Made by a program: the position numbers and the translations under genes
Notes under the pieces: generated by a model
Told to the model about the DNA's origin: nothing
Seen by the model: only the letters and a program-made list of their open reading frames with translations
Database searches by the model: none
NCBI GenBank assembly: GCA_018671175.1
Contig: JABHIE010000031.1
Coordinates: forward strand, 104,128 to 168,127
Direction: 5' to 3'
Source: Planctomycetota bacterium
GTDB taxonomy: Bacteria > Planctomycetota > UBA1135
Length of the DNA stretch: 64,000 nucleotides
Part shown: positions 26,205 to 36,296 of the stretch, piece after piece
How positions within the stretch are numbered: position 1 is the stretch's first letter
Layout: every line of letters begins with the position of its first letter

Positions 26205-27185
26205 ATGATGCCTGATACGAATCCCCCCACAGCCGCAGTCGTCCCCCAAGATTGCGATGGTTTACGCCTTGATCGCGTAGCCACGACTTTATTGTCAAAT
26301 GGGGTTTCTCGCTCACGGATGCAAGCCTGGATTCGTGAGGGGCGTTTGCGTATTGATGGTGTCCCCGTTGATAAGCCGGGCTTTCTTGTCGAAGCTGAGC
26401 AGCGACTTGACCTTGAGGTGCCGGTTCTTGAAGTGCCCGAGCCAGGCTCGCCGCTTGAGCCGACGGTTTTGTTCGAAGACGAATACCTCGCCGTGATTGA
26501 TAAGCCGTCTGGTCTAACTATGCATGGGCGCACGGCTGGCGACCATCAGGCTACTGTTGCTTCTTGGCTGGTTGATCGTTACGGCGATAATTTGCCAATC
26601 GGCCAAGGTGCTGAGCGGCCAGGTATTGTGCATCGTCTTGACAAAGACACTTCAGGTGTTTGCCTCGTTGCTTTTCAGAAAAATACCTTCGAAGACCTCG
26701 TGGCGCAATTCCGGGATCGGTCCATTGATAAAGAGTATCGCGCTCTTTGCTACGGCAAGCCGCGTTTTCAATCCGACTGGATCAACACTCGCTTAAAAGC
26801 CGACCCGCGCCGCATGGATCGCGTCCGCACGACTCGCTCTGAGGTTCACGGCACGCGTGATGCCCGCACCTACTGGGAAGTCCTTGAGCAGTTTGATAAG
26901 TTTTGCTGGCTTAGCGTAAAGCCGCACACGGGGCGGAAGCATCAGATTCGAGTGCATCTCGCATCAATCTTTCTCCCACTCGTCGGAGACCCGCATTATC
27001 GAGCAAAAAATTTCGGCCCAGGGATGTTCCCACCGGGCGCACCCGAAGTTCGGCGCACTTTGCTGCATGCGCATGCGATTACTTTTGAGCATCCTGAGCT
27101 GGGTGGTCGGCATACTTATCGCTCCGAGCCAGCGATAGTCATTCAAGATTTTCTCACTGCGCTTTTTGCCCAATCTGGCACATGA
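26205..27185 (+). CDS. rluD: 23S rRNA pseudouridine synthase, RluD subfamily
   Basis: S4-like N-terminus (LRLDRVATTLL..SRSRMQAWIREGRLRIDG) and the catalytic HRLDKDTSGV motif. ATG at 26205 chosen, because the longer ORF would overlap the divergent gene. Confidence 0.87.
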   Translation: MMPDTNPPTAAVVPQDCDGLRLDRVATTLLSNGVSRSRMQAWIREGRLRIDGVPVDKPGFLVEAEQRLDLEVPVLEVPEPGSPLEPTVLFEDEYLAVIDKPSGLTMHGRTAGDHQATVASWLVDRYGDNLPIGQGAERPGIVHRLDKDTSGVCLVAFQKNTFEDLVAQFRDRSIDKEYRALCYGKPRFQSDWINTRLKADPRRMDRVRTTRSEVHGTRDARTYWEVLEQFDKFCWLSVKPHTGRKHQIRVHLASIFLPLVGDPHYRAKNFGPGMFPPGAPEVRRTLLHAHAITFEHPELGGRHTYRSEPAIVIQDFLTALFAQSGT

Positions 27186-28693
27186 TTCGTTTTTTTCTGA
27201 CCACCACATTCTTCTTTTTTTGCCTTTCTAGCCCTGCAATCGCCCAATTGGGCGGTGAACCAACGGGCGATTCCATGCAGGCTGTTGCGACGGCTGGTGC
27301 TGATTTGCTTGGCGCTTCCATTTTAAACACGACAAAAAACCCGGCTGTTTTACCGTTTGTCCTTCCGGTGGGTGCTGACGATTGGCAAGTTGATTCTGTT
27401 TTGCGTTTGCTCAAAACAGATGCGCGCATTTCAGCTTTAGATGGTGGCTCTTATTCCCTCGACGACACTTTGGTGGCTGCACCATGGTTAGCCATTGGGC
27501 ACCGCATCGACGACGCCATGTGGTTTTCTTTCGCTGTCGTTCCGACTTCGGGCGCTAAGGGCTCGATCGACCGCATGGTCGACCTCAATATTATGCTTGA
27601 AGACGATGGCGACCCTTTGACCGAAGACCCAGCCGTGCGACACTTGGTGAATCAATCGGTTGACATCCAGCAGGTCGCACTTGAGCCTTCCTTGGCCTGG
27701 CAGTTGAGCCCTGATTTTTCTTTTGGCTTTGGGCTTTCACTCCGCACTACGACTCTCAATATGTCCGGCGGCACCGATTCACCTTTTAGCGATCTAAAGG
27801 GTTTTCTGCCTGACGATGACCCTTTGCGCACCATTTTCGGTTATGACACTTGGGGAGATGCGCTCGAGGGCTTTCTCAGCGGGGGTGATCGCGCTATCGA
27901 TGATTACCATGTCGATTTTTTGGCCGATGCGAGCAACGCAGCCATGCAAGTGTTCCTCAAATTTGGCGGCGCATGGCAAGTTAATCCGCAGACACGCTTG
28001 GGCTTTTGGTATCGCCCCATGTCAAATATGTCTGACATCGTTGGTCAAACGACTGTCGATATGTCAGCAGATCTTGGCGCCTTTACTTCTGTGCTAGAAG
28101 ATATGTTGGGTCTAGAGGATGGCTATTATTTAGACGATCCAACCAGTGATTTTGACTTCCGTGTGCGCGATATTCGGCTTCCTCAGCAAGCGGGCCTGTC
28201 GACTTCGAGCCAACTAAATAATGGCGACATCATGCACTTTTCCGCAGTCTGGACGGATTGGTCACAGTCTTTTGATGGCTGGGTCGCCACATTGAGCAAC
28301 CCAAGCAACGAGCAGTTCGCGGGTTTTATTGGTGGCGATGGCACACTCACCATGGACATGGACATGAAGTGGCGCGACACCGTGTCGATGTCGCTAGGCT
28401 GGGAACGGAATCTCTCATCGCAATTAACGCTTCGTAGTGGCTTGGGCTGGAGCCGCAACCCGATGCAGGGTTCTTGGATGGCGTCATCTACACCTTTCAA
28501 TGAATTGCACCTTGCGGGTGGTTTGGCCTACCGCGCAAGTTCAAAGGGGATGCCCGACTTTTTTATCTCGACTGTCATCGCTCTGCCCCAAAAAGAAAAC
28601 GCCGGAGAGAACCTAGTTCTCTCCGACCTTTCGGGTGATCGCTATAGCCAGTGGCATGGCTCACTGGCTCTCGGGCTGTCTTGGCGCTGGTAA
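27182..28693 (+). CDS. Outer-membrane beta-barrel protein, FadL/TodX-like
   Basis: 503 aa with a signal peptide (..SSPAIAQ), an N-terminal ..TKNPAVL.. segment as in FadL-family hatch regions, alternating beta-strand pattern and a C-terminal aromatic end (LGLSWRW). ATGA overlap with rluD. Confidence 0.55.
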   Translation: MIRFFLTTTFFFFCLSSPAIAQLGGEPTGDSMQAVATAGADLLGASILNTTKNPAVLPFVLPVGADDWQVDSVLRLLKTDARISALDGGSYSLDDTLVAAPWLAIGHRIDDAMWFSFAVVPTSGAKGSIDRMVDLNIMLEDDGDPLTEDPAVRHLVNQSVDIQQVALEPSLAWQLSPDFSFGFGLSLRTTTLNMSGGTDSPFSDLKGFLPDDDPLRTIFGYDTWGDALEGFLSGGDRAIDDYHVDFLADASNAAMQVFLKFGGAWQVNPQTRLGFWYRPMSNMSDIVGQTTVDMSADLGAFTSVLEDMLGLEDGYYLDDPTSDFDFRVRDIRLPQQAGLSTSSQLNNGDIMHFSAVWTDWSQSFDGWVATLSNPSNEQFAGFIGGDGTLTMDMDMKWRDTVSMSLGWERNLSSQLTLRSGLGWSRNPMQGSWMASSTPFNELHLAGGLAYRASSKGMPDFFISTVIALPQKENAGENLVLSDLSGDRYSQWHGSLALGLSWRW

Positions 28694-28720
28694 AACTCGC
28701 GCCAAGCTCAACGGCCGAGT

Positions 28721-30328
28721 TTACGGTGAGTAAGTGATTGCAGCGTTGGTCGCAGAGCCGTTATTTGACTCGCCACCGCTCACAAGAATCGTGCCGTCAT
28801 CAAGAAGTGACACTACGCCACCGCCATGAGTTTCAGGCATTGCAGCCAAGGATGTCTGGCTTCCGTTTGAAGGGTTGAATAGCCAAACATTATTGACCGG
28901 GATGGGGTCATCCAAGTCGCCGCGTGCGCCACCGATCACGATAGCCGAGCCGTTTTCCATGGCAACACAGCCTGAGAAGGCCACGCCAACCGACAAATCA
29001 TTTTTGCGAGTTGTTGAGTTGTTGGCTGGGTTCCAGACTTCGGTCTTTTTGATTGGCCCGATGTTGAGGATGTCGCCACCCGCACCACCAGCAATGTAAA
29101 CCTGGCCATTAGTGAGTTGTGCAGCACAGCCAAGACCGCGCTTGTCTTTCATCGTGATTTGCGAATTGAAACTGTTTGCGACTGGATCGTAAACACAAAT
29201 CTTTTCAGAGAAGTCAGGGATCGGAATGCCCAGGAAAGTAGTGAAAGTAATTCCGCCAATCAAAGCAAAACGGCCGTCATCTAATACGAGACCTGTAGCG
29301 CCTGCTTTAGGCTCTTGGATATTTGGACCCGAGCTCCAGGAGTTGGTCGCTGGGTTGTAAATCTCACTTGTCTTCAAAGAAGTCGTGAGGAGGTCGGCAA
29401 CATCGCCAACATTGTGCTGGTTGTTGCCCTCGGTACCACCCGCGACAAATACGCGGCCATCTGGCAAAACCATGGAGCAAGAGCCCGCGCGGTATTTGCT
29501 CATGGTGGCGGTCGCCGTCCAGGTGCCCGTGGCAGGGTCGTAAATCTCGCAAGTATTCAAGACCTTGCTGTAGTAGCTGTTACCCGAGCCATAAGGGCCT
29601 TGAATGCCACCAATGACCATGAAGCGCCCATCTTGCAACTTGACTGAGTTGTGGAAGGCTCGGCCGTCTGTCATAGCACCAGGCAAGAGCTGGTGCGTGT
29701 CGCTCATGCAGTCGTACATCCAGGCCCGGTTAATGGTTGGGTATGGGGTTGAGGTGTCTGTCAGCAAAGCTGGGCCACCGCCAGAGATGAAAACCTCAGT
29801 GATGCCACCGCGTCCGCCTGTTGAGGCTGTGCAGAAAGAGAGGTTGGCGGAAGGAGCCGGCCCATTGTTGTTGCTTGACTGCCAGCGATCTGGGGTGTTC
29901 ATGCTCATCGTGCGCACCGGTGAAAAGTGCTGGAACATATCGGCACCCGCCGCGTTTTGGCGCGAGAAAGCTTGCCAATAGACACGCACATCCACATAGC
30001 TTGGGATGTTGGGGAGTGGCACATTAACCTTCCAGAGACCATTGTTTGGGATGCGCCCAGTAAAATAAGTGCCAGCCATCGCCAAGCCAAGGTCGATCGT
30101 AAGCATGTCATTGCTATCGCCAGAGAGGCTGACCAAGTAAGGCGAGCCACCGGTTGTCATGGCGGGGATCAAGTAGCCGTCTAGGCCCGCTGGGATGCCG
30201 CGAACTTCAAGAACGGAAACGGCGCCAATGGAATCGCCATAAGACATGACGGCGCTATCTTGAGCTGTGGCAGGGGCGATGACGAGCAGGGCTACGCTCA
30301 AAGCCGTAAGGGAGGGGAATTTCAACAT
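28721..30328 (-). CDS. Secreted Kelch-repeat beta-propeller protein
   Basis: Signal MLKFPSLTALSVALLVIAPATAQ (ATG at 30328 preferred). There are about six repeats of the pattern ..DGR..v.GG......(s.E.YdPatn.W).., e.g. LQDGRFMVIGG, LPDGRVFVAGG, LDDGRFALIGG, TNGQVYIAGG, ENGSAIVIGG, LDDGTILVSGG. Confidence 0.8.
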   Translation of the reverse strand: MLKFPSLTALSVALLVIAPATAQDSAVMSYGDSIGAVSVLEVRGIPAGLDGYLIPAMTTGGSPYLVSLSGDSNDMLTIDLGLAMAGTYFTGRIPNNGLWKVNVPLPNIPSYVDVRVYWQAFSRQNAAGADMFQHFSPVRTMSMNTPDRWQSSNNNGPAPSANLSFCTASTGGRGGITEVFISGGGPALLTDTSTPYPTINRAWMYDCMSDTHQLLPGAMTDGRAFHNSVKLQDGRFMVIGGIQGPYGSGNSYYSKVLNTCEIYDPATGTWTATATMSKYRAGSCSMVLPDGRVFVAGGTEGNNQHNVGDVADLLTTSLKTSEIYNPATNSWSSGPNIQEPKAGATGLVLDDGRFALIGGITFTTFLGIPIPDFSEKICVYDPVANSFNSQITMKDKRGLGCAAQLTNGQVYIAGGAGGDILNIGPIKKTEVWNPANNSTTRKNDLSVGVAFSGCVAMENGSAIVIGGARGDLDDPIPVNNVWLFNPSNGSQTSLAAMPETHGGGVVSLLDDGTILVSGGESNNGSATNAAITYSP

Positions 30329-30457
30329 TGCGTTTGAATCTAGGGATTGGTGGGAAGAAGGGGGGAATCTGAATCCAAGTGGATTCCGTCCAGCGTAGCA
30401 GGAAGTTGCATCTTTTGCGACTAAAGAATGCCCCGCGCAAGGGTAGAATCTGCCGAT

Positions 30458-32089
30458 ATGAGCGATAATCACGCGGAAAAGTGGCGCAACGCTGTGCATG
30501 CCCCCTTTGTGGCCAAACGACCTGAGCGGAAGCCCGAATTCGTGACGGCTTCAGGCCTTGCGCTTGATGCCGCCTACTTCACCGCCGATGAAGCGGGCCC
30601 AGGTGTTTTTCCCTTTACACGGGGTATCCATCCATCCATGCATCGTGGTCGTTTCTGGACGATGCGGCAATATGCGGGCTTTTCATCCGCCAAATTGACC
30701 AACGAGCGTTTTCGCTATTTGCTCGCTCAAGGGCAAACGGGGCTTTCCGTCGCTTTTGATTTACCCACTCAGATCGGCTACGAGTCCGACCACGAGTTGG
30801 CTGCACCCGAGGCGGGCATGGTCGGTGTCGCGATTAACTCACTAAGAGATATGGAAGTCATGTTTGATGGCATCCCGCTTGGCGAGGTCTCGACCTCAAT
30901 GACTATCAACGCAACCGCCCTTGTGGTTTTTGCGATGTATGTGGCTCTCTGTAAGCGACAGGGGGTTGCGCCAGAGCGCATTTTGGGCACGGTTCAAAAT
31001 GACATTTTGAAAGAGTTTGTTGCTCGTGGCAACTTTAGATTCGGCGTTGAGGCTTCGATGCGCTTGACGACTGATTTGTTTCGCTTTCAACAAGAGGTTG
31101 CCCCTCGCTTTAATCCTATTTCTGTCTCGGGTTATCACATGCGCGAGGCTGGCTGCACAGCTGTGCAAGAGGTCGCCTTTACCCTTGGCGACGGCGTGGC
31201 CTATCTTGAAGCCGCTCGTGATGCAGGCCTCGATGTCGCCGAAACAGCACGCCGCATGAGCTTCTTTTTTAATGGCCACAATGAGCTATTCGAAGAGGTC
31301 TCCAAGTTTCGCGCAGCTCGTCGGATGTGGGCCGGCATCGTGCGCGACCGATTTGGCGTCCAAGATGAAAATGCTCAAAAGCTCCGTTTTCACACGCAAA
31401 CGGGGGGTTCGACCCTTACTTCGCAACAGCCTTTAGTCAACGCTGTGCGCGTAACAGTGCAAGCCCTTGCCGCAATCATGGGTGGCACTCAATCTTTGCA
31501 TACAAATTCTTTTGATGAGGCGTTAGGTTTGCCGAGCGAGCAATCGGCTCTTTTGGCCTTGCGCACACAACAGGTCATCGCCAAAGAGAGTGGTGTCGCC
31601 GATGTCGCTGACCCGCTTGGTGGCTGCCCTTTGATCGAAACGATGACCGACCGCATTCAAGCTGAAGCGGAAACTCTGCTTCAGCAAGTTGAGGCAGATT
31701 ACGGTGGCATGGTTGGCGCCGTTGCGGCTGGTTTTGTGCAAAGCGAAATTCACCGCACTGCAATGAGTCACCAAAAGTCCGTCGAAGATGGCAGTCGCCC
31801 AGTCGTCGGTGTCAACACGCATGTGCTAGCTGACGAGCCGACCCCTGAGGTCTTTCGCCCCGACCCCAAGGCGCGCAAAGAGATCTTGACGACTTTAGCT
31901 GATGTCCGCCAAACCCGCGATTCTGTCGCTGCAGAGGCCGCGCTTGAGGTTTTGGGTACAGTGGCTAAAACTGACGCGCCACTTGGCCCAGCTGTTTTGG
32001 TCGCGGTCGAGGCTTACTGCACAGTCGGTGAGATTTGTGGCGTGCTAGAGCAGGTGTTCCCGCCCTATGAAGCACCCAGCTCGTTTTAG
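30458..32089 (+). CDS. Methylmalonyl-CoA mutase, catalytic (large) subunit without a B12-binding domain
   Basis: FTRGIHPSMHRGRFWTMRQYAGF, QTGLSVAFDLPTQIGYESD and ISVSGYHMREAG motifs. Only ~543 aa and ends before any DxHxxG cobalamin domain. An alternative ATG lies at 30428. Confidence 0.9.
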   Translation: MSDNHAEKWRNAVHAPFVAKRPERKPEFVTASGLALDAAYFTADEAGPGVFPFTRGIHPSMHRGRFWTMRQYAGFSSAKLTNERFRYLLAQGQTGLSVAFDLPTQIGYESDHELAAPEAGMVGVAINSLRDMEVMFDGIPLGEVSTSMTINATALVVFAMYVALCKRQGVAPERILGTVQNDILKEFVARGNFRFGVEASMRLTTDLFRFQQEVAPRFNPISVSGYHMREAGCTAVQEVAFTLGDGVAYLEAARDAGLDVAETARRMSFFFNGHNELFEEVSKFRAARRMWAGIVRDRFGVQDENAQKLRFHTQTGGSTLTSQQPLVNAVRVTVQALAAIMGGTQSLHTNSFDEALGLPSEQSALLALRTQQVIAKESGVADVADPLGGCPLIETMTDRIQAEAETLLQQVEADYGGMVGAVAAGFVQSEIHRTAMSHQKSVEDGSRPVVGVNTHVLADEPTPEVFRPDPKARKEILTTLADVRQTRDSVAAEAALEVLGTVAKTDAPLGPAVLVAVEAYCTVGEICGVLEQVFPPYEAPSSF

Positions 32090-32098
32090 AGAATAAAA

Positions 32099-33820
32099 AT
32101 GACACAAGAAACAACAGAGCAGCCTTCTGATTTCATTCGCGATATTGTTGCGAGTGATTTGGCTTCCAACAAGCACGAAACAATTGTGACGCGCTTCCCA
32201 CCTGAGCCTAATGGCTATTTGCATATTGGCCACGCAAAGGCATTTTGTTTGAGCTTTGGTATTGCTCAAGAAAATCCTGGCGCGCGTTGTCATTTGCGCT
32301 TTGACGACACAAACCCTGAAAAAGAAGAGGCGCGATTTGCGTCCGCCATCCAAGAAGATGTCCGCTGGATGGGCTTTGATTGGGGCGAGCATCTTTACCA
32401 TGCAAGTGATTGTTTTGAGCAGCTCTATGCATGGGCTGAATATTTAATCCAAGAAGGCAAAGCTTATGTTGATGAGCAGTCGGGCGATGAAATCCGTGCT
32501 GGCCGTGGCCGCCTGAATGCCGATGGCGTGACCGAGCCTGGGTTAGATAGCCCTTTTCGTGACCGGCCTTCTGACGAGAGTCTTGACTTGTTTCGCAAAA
32601 TGCGTGCAGGTGATTTTGATGACGGCAAGATGGTCTTGCGGGCTCGCATCGATATGGCGGCCGCTAATCTGAATTTGCGCGACCCCGTTTTGTATCGCAT
32701 TCTGCGCGCAACGCATCCGCGCACGGGCGACGATTGGTGCATTTACCCCATGTATGATTTCACTCATGGGCAATGCGATGCAATCGAAGGCATCACGCAC
32801 TCTCTTTGCTCACTTGAGTTTGAGAATCATCGGCCTTTATATGAGTGGTTCATCGAGAACCTTCCTGTGCCTAGCCAGCCTCGACAAATTGAGTTTGCGC
32901 GCTTGAATTTAACGCACACAGTCATGTCGAAAAGAAAGCTGACTCGCTTGGTTGCCGAGGGCTTGGTTTCGGGCTGGAGTGACCCTCGTATGCCCACCTT
33001 GTCGGGTATGCGCCGCCGAGGTTATCCGGCCTCCGCGATCCGCGAGTTTTGCCAGCGCATTGGCATTTCCAAGGCTGCGAGTACGGTTGATTTCGCTCTT
33101 CTTGAGCATTGCGTCCGTGATGAGCTAAACCGAGTCGCGCCGCGGCGTATGGGGGTGCTTGACCCAATTAAAGTCGTCATCGCAACCTTGCCCGAAGACC
33201 ACGAAGAGTCATTCGAAGCTCCCGTTTTACCGGGTGACCCTGAATCGGGCGTCCGTCAAATCGCCTTTGGTCGCGAAGTCTGGATTGATCGCGATGACTT
33301 CATGCTCGACCCACCCAAAAAGTTTTTCCGCTTGGGCCCTGGTCGTGAGGTGAAGTTGCGCCACGCTTATTGCATTACTTGCGATGAAGTCATCCAAGAT
33401 TCTGACGGCAAGGTCATCGAGTTGCGCTGCAGCCATGACCTTGAGACGCGCGCTTGCTTGCCCACGGATCGCAAGGTCAAAGGCTTTTTGCATTGGGTAT
33501 CAGCACGGCATGGCAACCCGACTGAGATCCGCATCCTTGACCATCTCTTTGCCGCCGAAGACCCCGAAGCCGACGGCGATTTCATGGATGCCGTTAACCC
33601 TGATAGCATCAAAGTGATTCATGCCGTCGTTGAGCCTAACACGGTTGACTTGCCCGCTGAAACGGTCGTACAGTTTGAGCGGTTGGGTTATTTCTGCATT
33701 GATCGCTTTGATTCAACGGCAGATGCGCCCGTCCTAAATCAAACGATTGGGCTCAAGAGCGGTTGGAAACCTAAGCCATCGAATCAGCCTAAGAAGGCTA
33801 AAAAATCTAAGAAGGCTTAG
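32099..33820 (+). CDS. glnS: Glutamine--tRNA ligase
   Basis: 573 aa with RFPPEPNGYLHIGHAKA (HIGH) and VMSKRKL (KMSKS), plus GlnRS-type C-terminal beta-barrel domains and a Lys-rich tail. Confidence 0.94.
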   Translation: MTQETTEQPSDFIRDIVASDLASNKHETIVTRFPPEPNGYLHIGHAKAFCLSFGIAQENPGARCHLRFDDTNPEKEEARFASAIQEDVRWMGFDWGEHLYHASDCFEQLYAWAEYLIQEGKAYVDEQSGDEIRAGRGRLNADGVTEPGLDSPFRDRPSDESLDLFRKMRAGDFDDGKMVLRARIDMAAANLNLRDPVLYRILRATHPRTGDDWCIYPMYDFTHGQCDAIEGITHSLCSLEFENHRPLYEWFIENLPVPSQPRQIEFARLNLTHTVMSKRKLTRLVAEGLVSGWSDPRMPTLSGMRRRGYPASAIREFCQRIGISKAASTVDFALLEHCVRDELNRVAPRRMGVLDPIKVVIATLPEDHEESFEAPVLPGDPESGVRQIAFGREVWIDRDDFMLDPPKKFFRLGPGREVKLRHAYCITCDEVIQDSDGKVIELRCSHDLETRACLPTDRKVKGFLHWVSARHGNPTEIRILDHLFAAEDPEADGDFMDAVNPDSIKVIHAVVEPNTVDLPAETVVQFERLGYFCIDRFDSTADAPVLNQTIGLKSGWKPKPSNQPKKAKKSKKA

Positions 33821-34251
33821 AGGCCTTCAAAGCCCGCAAGTGCTGCGCGGAAGTCATCTGGCATCTCGCAGCTGCAGCGGTTTTCGCCGTTCCACATGAC
33901 AAGGGTTGCCGTGGCTTCTGCCCAAACGGTGCCTGTCTCGGCGCAAGAAATGCGATAGGCCTGCTCAAAGCTGGAACGACCTAGGCGAGTCGTGCGCAAC
34001 GCGATTTTTACGGGTGCAGGGCCGTGCCCCGGGGCAAGGAAGCGAATGCAGGTCTGGCCAAGCACAAATGCAAACGGCGTGTTGGCATCGATGAGGCCAA
34101 GGTGTTTACCGTATTGCCATCTTGCCTCTTCAATGAGGGTGAGCAAAACGGTGTGATTGACGACTTTCATGTTGTCTTCATCGGACCAGCGCGTGGTGGC
34201 GTGGGCCGTGAATCGAAAGTCAGAAGAGTCAGGGAGCTGGGGTGCAAGCAT
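33817..34251 (-). CDS. Acyl-CoA thioesterase, 4HBT/YbgC-like hotdog fold
   Basis: 144 aa. TRWSDEDNMKVVNHTVLLTLIEEARWQY matches the YbgC-type pattern (v.yeDtD..g.V.h..y....eeAr). 4-nt convergent overlap with glnS. Confidence 0.7.
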   Translation of the reverse strand: MLAPQLPDSSDFRFTAHATTRWSDEDNMKVVNHTVLLTLIEEARWQYGKHLGLIDANTPFAFVLGQTCIRFLAPGHGPAPVKIALRTTRLGRSSFEQAYRISCAETGTVWAEATATLVMWNGENRCSCEMPDDFRAALAGFEGL

Positions 34252-34302
34252 GGTGGGTGGGGTGGACTATACTTTGGCAGCAAGATTCCTTGCTTTCACC
34301 CC

Positions 34303-34746
34303 ATGTCCATGCAGCCCCCCCTCGGCATTGATCACATCGCGATTGCGGTGCCCGACCTCGATGAGGCGACCTCTTATTGGTCTGAGACCATGGGCTTGCG
34401 CGCGGGCTCTCGTGAGATTATTGAATCTCAAGGTGTTGAGGTGCAAATGATGTATGCCGGCGAGACTCGGATTGAGCTGGTTTGCCCCATTCGAGATGAT
34501 TCGCCGATAGCTGGCTTCCTTGCCAAGCGAGGCCCTGGTTTGCATCACCTCGCTTTTGCCGTTTCGCAGTGCGAGGGGGCAATTCAGCACGCTCAGCAAA
34601 AGGGCGCGCGCATGATTGACAAACAACCGCGAGAGGGCGCCCACGGCACCCGTATCGCATTTGTGCACCCCGCTTCTACCGGCGGCGTGCTCACCGAAAT
34701 GGTCGAAGGCGGAGAAGGTTTCGCCGATGCCCCAACAGATGATTAA
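34303..34746 (+). CDS. Methylmalonyl-CoA epimerase (VOC/glyoxalase fold)
   Basis: LGIDHIAIAVPDLDEA..W...G, GFLAKRGPGLHHLAF and FVHPASTGGVLTE are present. ATG at 34303 chosen; the upstream part of the ORF (from 34024) overlaps the divergent thioesterase gene. Confidence 0.87.
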   Translation: MSMQPPLGIDHIAIAVPDLDEATSYWSETMGLRAGSREIIESQGVEVQMMYAGETRIELVCPIRDDSPIAGFLAKRGPGLHHLAFAVSQCEGAIQHAQQKGARMIDKQPREGAHGTRIAFVHPASTGGVLTEMVEGGEGFADAPTDD

Positions 34747-36294
34747 ATGACGAAAGACATCCAAGCACGCATAGATGCCCGCCGCGAGCAGGCAACGCTC
34801 GGTGGCGGCCAGGCGCGTATTGACGCCCAACACGCCAAGGGCAAATTGACCGCACGAGAGCGCATTGATTTATTGCTCGACCAAGGCTCTTTCGAAGAGA
34901 TCGACGCCTTCGTCACACACCGCTGCACCAACTTTGGTCTCGACGAACAGATACACCCCGGTGATGGCGTTGTCGTTGGCACGGGATTGATTCAAGGCCG
35001 CCCCGTTGCGGTGTTTAGTCAAGACTTCACCGTGTTTGGTGGCTCATTAAGTGAGGCATACGGCGCAAAAATCTGCAAGGTCATGGATGCCGCTATGAAG
35101 CTGGGCATTCCGATGATCGGGCTCAACGATTCGGGTGGTGCTCGCATCCAAGAGGGCGTGGTTTCGCTTTCGGCGTATAGCGAGTTGTTTTCGCGTAATA
35201 CGATGGCGTCGGGTGTGATTCCTCAGATTTCGGCCATCATGGGCCCTTGTGCAGGCGGTGCGGTTTATTCGCCTGCTTTGACTGATTTTATTTTCATGGT
35301 CGAGGGCACGAGCTACATGCACATCACTGGCCCCGATGTCGTTAAAACCGTCACCCACGAAGATGTCACTTCCGAAGATCTAGGTGGCGCGCGCGTGCAC
35401 GAAGAGGTGAGCGGTTGTTCCCATTTCACTTGCGCCGATGATGCTGAGTGCTTGTCGCGCATTCGCCGCTTGATGTCTTTCTTGCCATCTAACAATGCAG
35501 AAGACGCTCCACGGAAGCCAACAGATGATTCTGCAGACCGCGCCGAGGTTTTGCTCGATTCGATTATTCCGGAGTCGCCCAATCAGCCTTACGATATGAA
35601 AACTGTCATCGAGGCTATTGTTGACGACGGAGATTTCTTTGAAATCCAAGAGAATTATGCAGCCAACATGGTGATTGGCTTAGCACGACTAGGCGGTCGC
35701 TCTGTCGGCCTTGTAGCCAACCAGCCTTCTGTTTTAGCGGGTGTCTTAGACAGTAATTCTTCCGAAAAGGGCGCTCGTTTTATTCGCTTTTGCGATGCCT
35801 TTAATATTCCGATTGTCACTTTTGAAGATGTCCCTGGTTTCATGCCTGGCACACAGCAAGAGCATGGTGGCATCATCCGCCGTGGCGCAAAGTTGCTTTA
35901 TGCCTATTGTGAGGCGACCGTACCTAAATTGACGGTCATTACCCGCAAAGCCTACGGTGGAGCGTATTGCGTTCTGTCGTCAAAAGCGACTCGTGGCGAC
36001 TGGAATGTCGCTTGGCCGAGTGCGCAAATCGCTGTGATGGGCGCTGAGGGTGCGGCCAAGATTATTTTCCGCCGAGAAATCGCTGCTGCAGATGATCCAG
36101 CAAAAGCCGAGGCCGACAAAATCGCCGATTACAAGCAACGATTTGACAACCCATTTTCTGCGGCCGAGCGTGGCTTGATTGACGACATCATTCAGCCAAG
36201 TGAGACGCGGGCTCGTTTAATTCGTGCGCTTGAGTTGTATTCGACTAAGCGTGATTCGATGCCAGCCAAGAAGCACGGCTCCATTCCTTTGTAA
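34747..36294 (+). CDS. Propionyl-CoA carboxylase beta chain / methylmalonyl-CoA carboxyltransferase
   Basis: 515 aa with the carboxyltransferase fold ([59 protein letters not shown]). Starts right after the epimerase stop. Confidence 0.92.
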   Translation: MTKDIQARIDARREQATLGGGQARIDAQHAKGKLTARERIDLLLDQGSFEEIDAFVTHRCTNFGLDEQIHPGDGVVVGTGLIQGRPVAVFSQDFTVFGGSLSEAYGAKICKVMDAAMKLGIPMIGLNDSGGARIQEGVVSLSAYSELFSRNTMASGVIPQISAIMGPCAGGAVYSPALTDFIFMVEGTSYMHITGPDVVKTVTHEDVTSEDLGGARVHEEVSGCSHFTCADDAECLSRIRRLMSFLPSNNAEDAPRKPTDDSADRAEVLLDSIIPESPNQPYDMKTVIEAIVDDGDFFEIQENYAANMVIGLARLGGRSVGLVANQPSVLAGVLDSNSSEKGARFIRFCDAFNIPIVTFEDVPGFMPGTQQEHGGIIRRGAKLLYAYCEATVPKLTVITRKAYGGAYCVLSSKATRGDWNVAWPSAQIAVMGAEGAAKIIFRREIAAADDPAKAEADKIADYKQRFDNPFSAAERGLIDDIIQPSETRARLIRALELYSTKRDSMPAKKHGSIPL

Positions 36295-36296
36295 AG

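Noticed and set aside
30444-30460. TAGAAT hexamer 8 nt upstream of the ATG at 30458, suggesting a leaderless mutase mRNA
   Set aside because: I found no acceptable -35 element at 16-18 nt, and a second in-frame ATG at 30428 lies upstream. The evidence is too weak to report as a promoter.
34267-34833. 188-aa minus-strand ORF across the epimerase and carboxyltransferase junction
   Set aside because: It is antisense to two well-supported, tightly abutting genes.
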